From NCBI GenBank assembly GCA_963807605.1, contig CAWECG010000004.1, forward strand, positions 256,001 to 320,000: a stretch of DNA of 64,000 bases, written 5' to 3'. A model generated the notes under the pieces. The model worked only from the letters and a program-made list of their open reading frames with translations. It did no database searches and was not told the origin of the DNA. This document shows, one piece after another, positions 1-9,808 of the stretch (position 1 is the stretch's first letter; each line of letters begins with the position of its first letter). This stretch comes from Candidatus Bathyarchaeota archaeon (GTDB lineage: Archaea > Thermoproteota > Bathyarchaeia > 40CM-2-53-6 > RBG-13-38-9). A program made the position numbers and the translations under genes.

Positions 1-132
1 ATACTGGCGAATCTCAGAGCCTTATTCGCCCGATTTAGGATTGACCAGATGGTAAGCGGATCATGGAAGTATCTGGTTCCACTCTCAATATTTCAAATAG
101 CCATTCTTGAACTTATCTTGGAGTGGATATAA
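1..132 (+). CDS. nuoH: NuoH/MbhM-like complex I subunit 1 family protein, 3' end only
   Basis: Frame 1 reads ILANLRALFARFRIDQMVSGSWKYLVPLSIFQIAILELILEWI*, with the RxRxDQ...WK C-terminal motif of the NuoH family. Not in the ORF track. Confidence 0.85.
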   Translation: MLANLRALFARFRIDQMVSGSWKYLVPLSIFQIAILELILEWI

Positions 133-491
133 AATTGGCCATGCAGAATGAGCTCATGAAGAGTCTCACAAAAAAGCCCGCCACTTTGCTCTACCCCTTT
201 CAGAAGTATGAGTCAATACCCGGCTCAAGAGGCAAAGTGGTCGTGGACATATCAAAGTGCATCGGATGCAGCCTCTGCATTCGTGACTGCCCAGCCTTCG
301 CATTGGAGATGGTAGGCAAAGGCGTGGACTGTGACATGAAGTGGTACGCTGACAGATGCGTATTTTGCGGTCAATGCGTAGAATCTTGTCCAAGGTCTGC
401 AATAGCACAAGAGACGGTCTACGACTTATCGAGCACAGACAGATCTAATCTTGTAATCGACTACAAACGGGTCAGGCAATCTCAGCAGTGA
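123..491 (+). CDS. nuoI: NuoI-like 2x[4Fe-4S] subunit (true start probably 135 or 141)
   Basis: ATLLYP...RG followed by CIGCSLCIRDCP and CVFCGQCVESCP ferredoxin motifs. Confidence 0.9.
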   Translation: MDIKLAMQNELMKSLTKKPATLLYPFQKYESIPGSRGKVVVDISKCIGCSLCIRDCPAFALEMVGKGVDCDMKWYADRCVFCGQCVESCPRSAIAQETVYDLSSTDRSNLVIDYKRVRQSQQ

Positions 492-497
492 TCGCCT

Positions 498-737
498 ATG
501 TTTGAAGATGTGATTCAACTCGTACTCCTAGTTGCGGCGTGTATCTTCGCAATATTGACTGTTGAACTTAGAGATCTCCTGCACACTGTAGTATCTCTCG
601 CAGCCATGGCCGTTTCACTCGGAGCGATATTTTGGCTTCTCAATGCGCCGTATGTAGCAGTTTTCCAGATACTCATCTACGCAGGCGCCGTTATAGTGCT
701 CTTCATAGCAGCTGTCATGCTGACGAGGAGGAAGTGA
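498..737 (+). CDS. nuoJ: NuoJ-like subunit, N-terminal part
   Basis: Three TM segments; LNAPYVAVFQILIYAGAVIVLF motif. Confidence 0.85.
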   Translation: MFEDVIQLVLLVAACIFAILTVELRDLLHTVVSLAAMAVSLGAIFWLLNAPYVAVFQILIYAGAVIVLFIAAVMLTRRK

Positions 738-738
738 A

Positions 739-1032
739 TTGGCCTTCAGGGAAGAACATAAGGACAGGATAAGTCTAGTGGGGCTACTCATATCAATTCT
801 GATTCTGATAACCTTTCTCTATATCAGTTGGAATGGCACATTCGAGCTTACATCTTTTTCAAAATTCAGCCCAGAATTTGTAACGTCAACCTCAGGTGTG
901 GGCATGGCGACTTCCAAGTATCTCTGGAGCTATAGGACACTTGATGCTGTAGTTCAGGCAATACTCGTGTTTGCAGCAGCAGCCGGTTGTATTGCGATGT
1001 TGCGACCAGATAAGGAGAGTGAGAGAGCTTGA
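739..1032 (+). CDS. small membrane subunit (NuoJ C-terminal part / MnhB-like)
   Basis: LWSYRTLDAVVQA resembles the MnhB YRxxDT motif; lies between nuoJ and nuoK. Confidence 0.65.
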   Translation: MAFREEHKDRISLVGLLISILILITFLYISWNGTFELTSFSKFSPEFVTSTSGVGMATSKYLWSYRTLDAVVQAILVFAAAAGCIAMLRPDKESERA

Positions 1033-1343
1033 TTTCCTTAGGGTACTACCTCACAACCGCTCTAATCCTCTACATGATCGGGATGTACTGCCTGGCCGTA
1101 AAACGCAACATGATCAAGCTGATAATAGGAATCGAGATTCTGACGAGCGCTGCTAATCTAAATTTCATAGCATTATCGGCCTACGGGAAGCCTGGTGAGG
1201 TTGATCCTCTTGGTCACACATTCGTTATTATGTCAATAGTTGTCGGTGCCTGTGTCGTTGCCGTTGCCTTGACCATAGCGGTAAACGCCTACCGACACTA
1301 CAAGACGCTTGATGTTCGGGAGCTTAGGAAATTGAGGTGGTAG
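1029..1343 (+). CDS. nuoK: NuoK/MnhC-like subunit
   Basis: KRNMIKLIIGIEIL...ANLNF motif; three TM segments. Confidence 0.88.
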   Translation: MISLGYYLTTALILYMIGMYCLAVKRNMIKLIIGIEILTSAANLNFIALSAYGKPGEVDPLGHTFVIMSIVVGACVVAVALTIAVNAYRHYKTLDVRELRKLRW

Positions 1344-1348
1344 AGTGA

Positions 1349-3205
1349 ATGATACCGTTTGATGAATATGCGCCTTGGCTAGTGTGGTTGATACCTCTTG
1401 TGGGCGCCATTCTGGTACCTATTGTAGCTTCGATCAACGCAAAGTTGAGAAACTGGTTTGCGGTTGCCGTAGCTTTCCTCGGGGCAGCTTACGCTGTATC
1501 CATGGTTCCCCAAGCACTCAGCCTCCACGGAGAAGGGAAAGACCTTGTCGTATCTTGGATACCTCAAATCGGGTTGAAGGCGGGAGTCCTCCTTGATCCA
1601 TTGAGCGTATTCATGGCGAATGTAGCGTCCTGCATAGGTTCTTTGATAGTGCTGTACTCGATCGCGTACATGGCACATGAGGAAGGACTGACCAGATACT
1701 ACTTCTTCATACTCTTCTTCATAGGCGGAATGAATGGTCTTGTCATGGCCGACAACTTTCTCCAACTATTCATGTTCTGGGAGATAGTCGGACTCTGTTC
1801 GTATGCTTTGATAGGATTCTGGTATAAGAAAGAAAGCGCCTCAAGGGCCGGAATCAAAGCTTTCCTTGTGACCAAGGCTGGTGACATAATGCTGCTCATA
1901 GGAATACTCATACTTTTTATGCAGACAGGATCCTTCGGATTCCTTAGCTCAAAGACCGCCATTGAATCTGGTAGGGTAGCACTATCTCTGTTGACTCCAA
2001 TTTCATTACTAATCTTCGGTGGTGCGATAGGAAAGTCCGCTCAATTCCCCTTCCAGATCTGGCTTCCAGATGCTATGGAAGGTCCAACAACCGTCAGCGC
2101 ACTTATACACGCGGCAACAATGGTCAAGGCAGGAATATACCTTACAGCTAGGACTTTTATGTTGTTTAGTGGAGTAAGCCAGTGGCTGACCACGGTAACC
2201 TACATCGGTATCCTGACCGCCCTTATGACGGCTACCTTGGCGCTGGTCGCTAGCGACATAAAGCGTGTGCTGGCATTTTCTACCATAAGCCAACTTGGTT
2301 TCATGATGACAGTTCTAGGTATTGGGAGTGAGACCGGATGGGTTGCGAGCCAATTTCATGTCATGAGCCACGCGCTATTCAAGGCGTTACTCTTCCTCTG
2401 CGCTGGCTCTGTTATGCACGCGGCCGGCACCACCGACCTTAGAGAGATGGGCGGTTTGAGAAGGTATATGCCAATAACATTTGTTGCAAGCGCAGTTGGT
2501 GTCTGTGCACTCTCAGGGGTTATTCCGTTCAACGGTTTCTGGAGTAAAGATCTGATATACAGAGCGATCTTCGACCAGCAACTCTACATATTGCTTGGTT
2601 TGGTCTTTCTAACTGCTAATATCACGGCGATATATGCTTTCAGATGGCTCCACCTTGTATTCTTAGGCAAAGAGTCGTCAAGCAAAGGTACACACCTTCA
2701 CGAATCACCATATGTTATGATAGTACCATTGGTGATTCTAGCAATATTCGTGACAATCACTGGCTTCTTAGAGGAACCGTTCTCGAGGTATTTGGGATTT
2801 GAAATAGCTGGTCTTGAAACTGTACCCTTGATCCTCTCTCTAGTGACTCCTATTCCGGGGATCCTATTGATTTACTTGATCTATTCTAGGAAAGTGGTCG
2901 CACCAGCTAGATTCAGAGCGGGAGCTCTGTCTTCAATTCATAAGCTGCTGACAGAGGGTTACTACTTTGACCGAATGTACTACGCGGTCTTTTTGAACGG
3001 TTTTCCAAGACTATGCAACTGGATGTACAGGTGGATTGAGACCGGAATCATCGATCGTCTCAATTATGCTATTGCGGGTGGCGCAAAATCGCTCAGCCAG
3101 AGCTTCAGGCCCTCACATACGGGCATCCTCAACTACAACATGTCGGCTATCCTCTTTGGCCTTGCAGGTTTCGTCATACTTGCTCTAATTCTGATTGGAT
3201 GGTGA
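1349..3205 (+). CDS. nuoL: NuoL antiporter-like subunit
   Basis: GKSAQFPFQIWLPDAMEGPTTVSALIHAATMV and HALFKALLFL motifs. Confidence 0.95.
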   Translation: MIPFDEYAPWLVWLIPLVGAILVPIVASINAKLRNWFAVAVAFLGAAYAVSMVPQALSLHGEGKDLVVSWIPQIGLKAGVLLDPLSVFMANVASCIGSLIVLYSIAYMAHEEGLTRYYFFILFFIGGMNGLVMADNFLQLFMFWEIVGLCSYALIGFWYKKESASRAGIKAFLVTKAGDIMLLIGILILFMQTGSFGFLSSKTAIESGRVALSLLTPISLLIFGGAIGKSAQFPFQIWLPDAMEGPTTVSALIHAATMVKAGIYLTARTFMLFSGVSQWLTTVTYIGILTALMTATLALVASDIKRVLAFSTISQLGFMMTVLGIGSETGWVASQFHVMSHALFKALLFLCAGSVMHAAGTTDLREMGGLRRYMPITFVASAVGVCALSGVIPFNGFWSKDLIYRAIFDQQLYILLGLVFLTANITAIYAFRWLHLVFLGKESSSKGTHLHESPYVMIVPLVILAIFVTITGFLEEPFSRYLGFEIAGLETVPLILSLVTPIPGILLIYLIYSRKVVAPARFRAGALSSIHKLLTEGYYFDRMYYAVFLNGFPRLCNWMYRWIETGIIDRLNYAIAGGAKSLSQSFRPSHTGILNYNMSAILFGLAGFVILALILIGW

Positions 3206-3210
3206 GGTAA

Positions 3211-4695
3211 TTGACAGGTATTACTGGTTTTGACATGCTCTTAGCGGTCCTAGTCCCACTAGTAGTGGCTCCTGTGTGCTTCGTCGTAGGAAGAAAACTC
3301 GGTAGGGTTGGAACTGGCCTGCTCGCAACCGTCGCCTTGGCTGTCTCCACGATATTGCTTCTGGGCTCTTGGAGTCAGATCTTGACAGGTGGCAAGGTAA
3401 TTGAGAATTACGGTGTTTGGATAGGCCTTTTCAAACTCGACGTGATCTTCCTTCAGGACTATCTAAGTTTAGCCATATCCGTGTTGATAGCGGGCGTTTC
3501 CACTCTGACCGCGATCTATTCCATCGGGTATGTTAGCCATGAACATAACCAGGAAATGTACTTTACAGCACTATTGCTGTTCGTAGCGGGGATGATTGGA
3601 GTAGTTCTCTCCGCAAATCTGATCCTCTTTTACCTTTTCTGGGAGCTTATGCTGATCCCATCGTACTTCCTGATAGCTTACTGGGGAACTGGAAGGCCTA
3701 GAGTGGTGGCTTTCAAGTATTTTATGTTCACACATGCAGGGGCAGCGTCTTTACTATTCGGTATACTGCTGACTTTCTCGGTGACGGGAAGCTTCAACCT
3801 AATAGACTTGCCTCGTCTCCTGACCGGTGTTGCTTCGGGGACTCTGCGAACCATTATGATTCTTATGTTCATTGGCTTCGCGGTCAAGCTTGCTGTTTTC
3901 CCGGTTCACACATGGCTTCCTGACGCTCACGCCGAAGCACCGACGCCAATCAGTGTCTTGCTAAGTGGTGTGATGATCAAGACAGGTGCCTACGCAATCA
4001 TCAGAATGATTCTGACGCTCTTTCCTACAGAGTTGATGAAAGTAGCCTATTCTCTAAGCATATTGGCCGTTGTGACGATGCTGTGGGGTGGCATCATGGC
4101 ATTTGCCCAGACAGATCTGAAGAGGCTACTCGCCTATAGCAGTGTCAGCCAAGTTGGTTACATCCTTTTTGGAATAATGAGTCTAACCACTCTCGGAATC
4201 GGAGGAGGTCTCTTCAACGTGATAACTCATGGGGTGGCGAAGGGGCTGCTCTTCATGTGCGCAGGGGCAATAATGTACAAAACAGGAATACGCGATATCA
4301 ATAAGCTTGGAGGCTTGGCTGGGAAAATGCCTGTTACAGCCATCGGCATGCTAATCGGCGGGCTGTCTATTGCGGGAACACCGCCGTTCGCCGGATTTGC
4401 CAGTGAATGGATGATCTTTGCTGGAGGCTTTGCTGCTGGATACACCCTCTTGGCCTCTCTTGCCATTGCCGCCACCATAGTGACTGCAGCCTATTATCTG
4501 CGAATGATCAAACGAGTCTTCTTTGGAGAGTGCCCAGAAAACTTGAGCGGAACGAAGGAAGCCCCCATTAGTATGCTAATACCAATGTCCGTGCTGATCT
4601 TCCTTACAGTCGCCTTTGGAATATTCGCATTCGCACCACTCCAAGTAGTTTACCCCGCCGCGCAGGCGGTCGCCAAACTCTTTACGGGGGCCTAG
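3211..4695 (+). CDS. nuoM: NuoM antiporter-like subunit
   Basis: FWELMLIPSYFLI and VKLAVFPVHTWLPDAHAEAP motifs. Confidence 0.92.
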   Translation: MTGITGFDMLLAVLVPLVVAPVCFVVGRKLGRVGTGLLATVALAVSTILLLGSWSQILTGGKVIENYGVWIGLFKLDVIFLQDYLSLAISVLIAGVSTLTAIYSIGYVSHEHNQEMYFTALLLFVAGMIGVVLSANLILFYLFWELMLIPSYFLIAYWGTGRPRVVAFKYFMFTHAGAASLLFGILLTFSVTGSFNLIDLPRLLTGVASGTLRTIMILMFIGFAVKLAVFPVHTWLPDAHAEAPTPISVLLSGVMIKTGAYAIIRMILTLFPTELMKVAYSLSILAVVTMLWGGIMAFAQTDLKRLLAYSSVSQVGYILFGIMSLTTLGIGGGLFNVITHGVAKGLLFMCAGAIMYKTGIRDINKLGGLAGKMPVTAIGMLIGGLSIAGTPPFAGFASEWMIFAGGFAAGYTLLASLAIAATIVTAAYYLRMIKRVFFGECPENLSGTKEAPISMLIPMSVLIFLTVAFGIFAFAPLQVVYPAAQAVAKLFTGA

Positions 4696-4699
4696 AGAA

Positions 4700-6205
4700 A
4701 TGATTCTAACTTGGCCTATCGATATTCTTGTGCTATTCGCCGTAACCACACCGATAGCCTACTTCGCAGGAAATAGGATTAAGGCAAGAAAACTCGTAGA
4801 TGTCTGGGCGACGGCAGGTTTCCTTCTCTCACTCATCGCCGTCTACATTCTTTACATGAGGGTTTCTGCAGAGAAGATAATCACGTACTACTGGGCTGGC
4901 ACGCAACTCCGAGGCGTGGCGCTTCTTGAGATAGATATGTTGAGCATCTACATGGCCGGCATATTCGTCTTCATAGGTCTACTCATATCTATATACTCAG
5001 CCCGATACATGGAACACGACACGGGCCTAGGCGAATACTACACCCTCCTTCTTCTCATGGTAGCCGGCATGGTGGGCGTGGCCTTTGCAGGGGATTTCTT
5101 CACCTTCTTCCTATTCTGGGAGCTCATGTGCATAGCATCGTACGTCCTAGTCGCCTTTAGGAAGGAGAAGTGGGAACCAATTGAGGCCGGATTCAAATAC
5201 CTTGTTATGAGCTCCGCAGGAAGTGCCACAGTACTCTTTGCTATGTCGATCTTATACGGCATGTCGGGATCACTCAACTTCGCCTATCTTAGCAATGCGC
5301 TTTCTAAGACCGCCACCCCATGGTCAGTCCTAGCACTAGCAATGATCTTTGTAGGTTTAGGGATCAAAGCTGCCATAGTGCCATTCCACACTTGGCTACC
5401 TGATGCACACCCCGCTGCACCAAGCTCAATAAGCGCTATGTTGTCAGGGGTTGTCATCAAGACCGGTGTCTACGGGCTTATTCGCATCATGATACTTGTC
5501 TTTGCCCCTGCAGCATATAATTGGCAAATTCTTCTAGCGGTATTCGCAGTCCTCACAATGACAGTCGGAAATCTCATGGCGCTCCTACAATCCGATCTAA
5601 AACGGCTTCTAGCCTTCAGCAGCATCGGACAAATAGGATACATAATTTTTGGGCTATCAACAGCTACGATCTACGGGTTGACGGGAGGCCTCTTCCATAT
5701 TATGAACCACGCTATAAGCAAGTCACTCCTCTTCCTCTGCTCAGGCGCATTCCTGTTATCTGTTGAGAGTCGAAACCTAGATGATTTAGCAGGCATTGGA
5801 AGGAAGATGAAGATAACGGGGTTAGCCTTTATTGTGGGCTCTCTCGCACTGGCTGGCGTGCCACCCCTTAATGGATTCCAGAGCGAGTTCATGATCTTAC
5901 TCTCGGGGATACAGAAGGGGGCTGCAGACGGTGTTTGGTACTGGCTCTCAGTAATAATGCTTTTGAACGTTCTGTTCTCAGTGGGCTACTATCTGCGTAT
6001 AGTACAGATAATAGTCCTTAAGGAGCCGTCAGCTCTAGCCGCTAAAGCCAGAGAAGCGCCCGCGCCTATACTATTTTCAATAGTGGTGTTGGCGATACTC
6101 TGCGTCGTGATAGGAGTCTACCCGGGACCCTTCGTCGCCTTCGCAAATCAGGCAGCTCAAGCAGCGTTCAACCTTGAAGGATATGTCAAGGCCATAATTG
6201 GCTGA
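4700..6205 (+). CDS. NuoN/MrpD-like antiporter subunit
   Basis: EAGFKYL, KAAIVPFHTWLPDAHPAAP and LKRLLAFSS motifs. Confidence 0.88.
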   Translation: MILTWPIDILVLFAVTTPIAYFAGNRIKARKLVDVWATAGFLLSLIAVYILYMRVSAEKIITYYWAGTQLRGVALLEIDMLSIYMAGIFVFIGLLISIYSARYMEHDTGLGEYYTLLLLMVAGMVGVAFAGDFFTFFLFWELMCIASYVLVAFRKEKWEPIEAGFKYLVMSSAGSATVLFAMSILYGMSGSLNFAYLSNALSKTATPWSVLALAMIFVGLGIKAAIVPFHTWLPDAHPAAPSSISAMLSGVVIKTGVYGLIRIMILVFAPAAYNWQILLAVFAVLTMTVGNLMALLQSDLKRLLAFSSIGQIGYIIFGLSTATIYGLTGGLFHIMNHAISKSLLFLCSGAFLLSVESRNLDDLAGIGRKMKITGLAFIVGSLALAGVPPLNGFQSEFMILLSGIQKGAADGVWYWLSVIMLLNVLFSVGYYLRIVQIIVLKEPSALAAKAREAPAPILFSIVVLAILCVVIGVYPGPFVAFANQAAQAAFNLEGYVKAIIG

Positions 6206-6335
6206 GAAGGAAGCGATCTGGGAGTTCCTGGGTAGGCTGAAATTCTCTCCTTCCGTCAAAGCATAATTTTAATTCTGATCGAATAGAAACTCGGTCGTGA
6301 ATCTTCAATTCTTCTCTTAGAAGGTAGATTCCTGC

Positions 6336-6845
6336 ATGGATCGTAGGGCCTTGGCAGCCGCTATGAGTAAGTGGCTATCTAATTACGATCGCCTCGTTAT
6401 TGCAGGTGTCGGTAACTCGCTAAGAAGTGACGATGGTCTTGGAGTCGAATTTGTCAAAAGATTATGTGGCAAGATCCCTCGGAATGTACTGTCTTTGGAT
6501 TGTGGGACAGTTCCAGAGACCTATGTGGGACCGATCAGGAGGTTCCGCCCCTCCCATATACTCATGGTCGATGCAGCTGACATCGGCTCTGAAGCCGGCT
6601 CAATCAAGCTTGCGACTCCAGAAGAGATCGTTGGCCTAGCCCTATCCACACACACTCTGCCCCTGAACGTCTTCGCAGATTATCTGAAAGCAGAGACCAG
6701 CGCCAACATTGCGCTTCTCGGAATCCAACCCAGGAATACGAATTTCGGGGAAACTCTTTCACCAGAGGTGGACGGGACTTTGAAGTGGGTTTCCAACGTG
6801 GTTCTTACTCTACTCAAGGATGGCAGTCTCGGCATGCGAGCTTAA
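6336..6845 (+). CDS. hycI: hydrogenase maturation endopeptidase, HycI type
   Basis: GVGNSLRSDDGLG, GTVPE, VDAAD and STHTLPL motifs. Confidence 0.92.
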   Translation: MDRRALAAAMSKWLSNYDRLVIAGVGNSLRSDDGLGVEFVKRLCGKIPRNVLSLDCGTVPETYVGPIRRFRPSHILMVDAADIGSEAGSIKLATPEEIVGLALSTHTLPLNVFADYLKAETSANIALLGIQPRNTNFGETLSPEVDGTLKWVSNVVLTLLKDGSLGMRA

Positions 6846-6862
6846 TTATTCGAAGGAAGGAT

Positions 6863-7474
6863 CTACGAACCCTCTGAATGGTCTACCGTTGCATTCTTGA
6901 GTCGGGCATAGTCTTCCTCTCTATCTACGTCGAATAGAATTTCAGGAGAGTCGATTTCAACAATCTCGACATCATTCCTGTGCCTTTCCAGGATTCCTCT
7001 TGCCCCCACATCCCCTGAAAGTGATAGAAGATCGCTCTGGTACTTCCTAGAAATAATGACTGGATGTCCCCTTGCCGATCTATAAGCTAACGTAACGATT
7101 CCCGTGCTGCCCGAGGCGTACCTTCTAATTAGCAAATCGATAATTTCAGTTCTTATCAGTGGTTGATCGGCTAAAGCGAATAGAAAAGCCTCGGTTTCAG
7201 GATTGCTAGAAGTTATTCCACATTTTATGGAAGTACTGATTCCTTCCCTGTACTGTCTGTTCACGACGTATGTGATCCTTGGGTCGCAAGAAGTCAGTGA
7301 ATTCTTCAGCTTCTCGGCGTCATGTCCTAGCACTATTACGAGCTCGTCGATCTTCGAGGCGAGAAGGTTCTTAACAGTCTCTCCGAAGATTGTCGATTTT
7401 CCAAAGCTGAGGAGCTGCTTTGTTCTCCCCATTCTTGTCGATTCGCCAGCAGCTAGCAAGATTGCCGAGATCAA
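6863..7474 (-). CDS. mocA: molybdenum cofactor cytidylyltransferase (MocA/YgfJ family)
   Basis: ILLAAGESTRMGRTKQLL, LADQP, GHPV, GDVGAR and DVD motifs. Confidence 0.85.
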   Translation of the reverse strand: MISAILLAAGESTRMGRTKQLLSFGKSTIFGETVKNLLASKIDELVIVLGHDAEKLKNSLTSCDPRITYVVNRQYREGISTSIKCGITSSNPETEAFLFALADQPLIRTEIIDLLIRRYASGSTGIVTLAYRSARGHPVIISRKYQSDLLSLSGDVGARGILERHRNDVEIVEIDSPEILFDVDREEDYARLKNATVDHSEGS

Positions 7475-7504
7475 GACGACTCTCCATGACAGCAGCTAGC
7501 AATT

Positions 7505-8326
7505 CTATTGTGTAACTTTGGCTAGTCCTTTTGTACTGAGCGTTCTGATGGCTTCAAGGACACCTTCACCGATAATTGCTGAACGTTCGGCTATTAGGAA
7601 ACAACGTTCTTTCTCATCTCTAGGATCGATGTCTCCAAGCTTGAGATTCATTTTCACTATAGACCCGTCACGCATGATCCCTCTCAAAACACCACCGACA
7701 TTTGCTTTGACGTCCAGACCATCAACCATGGCTACGGCTTGACCTGCCTCCACGTGTTCTCCGATCGGCACGATTAGACGTAATGTGCCGTCTTGTGGTG
7801 CCCTTAGGATCCTTTCATGGCTCTTGCCGTTAATTTTGCACGGGGTGCCATGAAAAGACTGGGCAGTTCCATGGTAGTAGGGTTTTCCCAACTCCGGCCC
7901 TTCACTTGTTTCTATGACCGCATGCACGTCTTTTCCGGCTTGAAAACCTGGGCCGAGTCCGATTGTAACAGGTGCGTCACTCAGTTTGGTTCCCGTGTTT
8001 CTTTTGGCCATTATGGCGTCTATGACTATGTTGGGTTTGAGCTTCTTAATGATCTCTGCCTTTGGATCAACAATGATTGGAATTTTGCCCTGCGCTATCG
8101 TGCGATCAATCTCTTCGGGGTTTACCCTCTTTGCCCTCAGGCCCTCAACTTCCCATTCGTTTTCGTAGACAGCTTCAGAAAATGCGACGGCCCTTCTCTC
8201 TGTTGTTGGAGCAGGAATTTCCGTCATGACAATTCGGAAATCCTTTCTGATTAAGGCGTGGGCTACCCCAGTTGCAACATCTCCTGCACCCTTGACGAGG
8301 ACCGTGGGGGTTTTTCTCTTGTTCAT
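7505..8326 (-). CDS. yqeB: selenium-dependent molybdenum cofactor biosynthesis protein YqeB
   Basis: KGAGDVATG, RRAVAFSEA, DAIMAKRNTGT, IGLGPGF and GDIDPR motifs. Start moved to the ATG at 8326, just after the upstream stop. Confidence 0.88.
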   Translation of the reverse strand: MNKRKTPTVLVKGAGDVATGVAHALIRKDFRIVMTEIPAPTTERRAVAFSEAVYENEWEVEGLRAKRVNPEEIDRTIAQGKIPIIVDPKAEIIKKLKPNIVIDAIMAKRNTGTKLSDAPVTIGLGPGFQAGKDVHAVIETSEGPELGKPYYHGTAQSFHGTPCKINGKSHERILRAPQDGTLRLIVPIGEHVEAGQAVAMVDGLDVKANVGGVLRGIMRDGSIVKMNLKLGDIDPRDEKERCFLIAERSAIIGEGVLEAIRTLSTKGLAKVTQ

Positions 8327-8328
8327 TT

Positions 8329-9360
8329 TCAGCCTCTTCCGAAAGGGCATGTGGGGTAGGTACATTCGTTGCACTTCAAGCAGAGTCCACCGTGGCCCAA
8401 GGCAACTATGTCCCTCCGAGTCAAATGTTCCCCCGCTAGAATCCTCGGAAGAACCAAGTCCAGAATGGTTGTGTCATAGTACATCGCGCATGCCGGTATA
8501 CCTAGAAGCGGAGTGCTGTCGAGGTAAGAGATCATGAACATGAATCCGGGTTGAACAGGCGCTCCGTACTTCTCTATTGAGGCATTTGCTTCCAAAGCAC
8601 TGCGTAGGGTTACATCATCAGGATCCACTGCCATGCCTCCTGTGGCGATTATTAGGTCCACGCTTTGCTTTCTCATTTTCGAAATTTCACTTACGATCTT
8701 GTCTGTGTTGTCTGGAACATACACTACCCTCTCTATACTTGAACCAAGTTTTCCGATCTTTCGTTTCATGACGGGGGCAAACTCATCTTTTATGAGGCCG
8801 TTATAGACTTCGTTCCCCGTTATTATCAGGCCTACTCTATTCTTCTTGAGCGGAATAACGTTGACGATGGGACCGGCGTTCTTGCAGATATCCGATACTT
8901 TTCGAATCTTTTCTTCCTGAATTATGAGCGGGAAGATCTTGGCAACCGCTACCCTTTCTCCGGTCTTCACCAGACGGTCTGTGTGTTGTGTGGCGACACC
9001 GAGGCCGTCTATTTCATTTATTTCTTGCAGTCTCTCAACATCTATCTTAAGTATGCCATTCTTCTCTGCCACAATTACGGAACTCCCCTCGTTTGGGCTG
9101 AGTGAGCTCACGTTTTTGCCGGAGATTGCTGCAGCTAGCTTTCGAGCACCGTCTTCTTCGTGAAGTTCCCCTGGTTCGATCTCGAGTATGTATATGTTTT
9201 CTCTACCGATCTTGCGGAGTTCTTTCAAGTCCTTCTTCCGTATTATGTGCCCTTTCTTGAAGAGAGTCCCTTTGAATCTTCCACGTCTGGTTATCCTTGT
9301 AACATCATGACTTAGAACCTTCCCGACAGAATCTCCAAGACTTACTACGATCCTTTTCAA
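8329..9360 (-). CDS. molybdopterin-binding (MoeA-like) protein
   Basis: VLSHDVTRI, TGNEV, TGGMAVDPDDVT, YGAPVQPG motifs and C-terminal GGLCxxCxxCxYPxC. Confidence 0.85.
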   Translation of the reverse strand: MKRIVVSLGDSVGKVLSHDVTRITRRGRFKGTLFKKGHIIRKKDLKELRKIGRENIYILEIEPGELHEEDGARKLAAAISGKNVSSLSPNEGSSVIVAEKNGILKIDVERLQEINEIDGLGVATQHTDRLVKTGERVAVAKIFPLIIQEEKIRKVSDICKNAGPIVNVIPLKKNRVGLIITGNEVYNGLIKDEFAPVMKRKIGKLGSSIERVVYVPDNTDKIVSEISKMRKQSVDLIIATGGMAVDPDDVTLRSALEANASIEKYGAPVQPGFMFMISYLDSTPLLGIPACAMYYDTTILDLVLPRILAGEHLTRRDIVALGHGGLCLKCNECTYPTCPFGRG

Positions 9361-9432
9361 AATCGTTCACACCTCTATGAACTCCAATCATGACTCAGTG
9401 TATCAATTCATGGTGAGCTGGCGTCAATCTCC

Positions 9433-9783
9433 TCAGACAAATTGCTCAACATCCTTCTCCGACGACTGCAAAGCCAGATGTTGAACTATCCTAGTAATCT
9501 TTCTGTTAGTTTCTCCAACAATCCTATAGAGTTGGTACAGTATTCCAAAAAGTATGATGATGGAAAAGCTTGTCACAAATTGTATTGGTGTTGCCATCCC
9601 GAGAGCGGAAGTCACGATAAGATACATTTGCGGGTAAATCCCTGTGAGCATGAGGCCCACCCAGATCGCTGTCCAAACGAGGAATGTCGACAACCCTATG
9701 CTGCCTCTCCTGTATCCTCTGAATGTGTATGCGGCCATTGCGAGGCCCAGTAACACAACGACTAGTCCGTAAGTTTCTAACAT
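9433..9783 (-). CDS. DUF2304 family membrane protein
   Basis: Three TM segments and KITRIVQHLAL tail; typical partner of a GT2 gene. Confidence 0.75.
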   Translation of the reverse strand: MLETYGLVVVLLGLAMAAYTFRGYRRGSIGLSTFLVWTAIWVGLMLTGIYPQMYLIVTSALGMATPIQFVTSFSIIILFGILYQLYRIVGETNRKITRIVQHLALQSSEKDVEQFV

Positions 9784-9808
9784 AGGGAATGATGCCTCCT
9801 GTTTTCGG

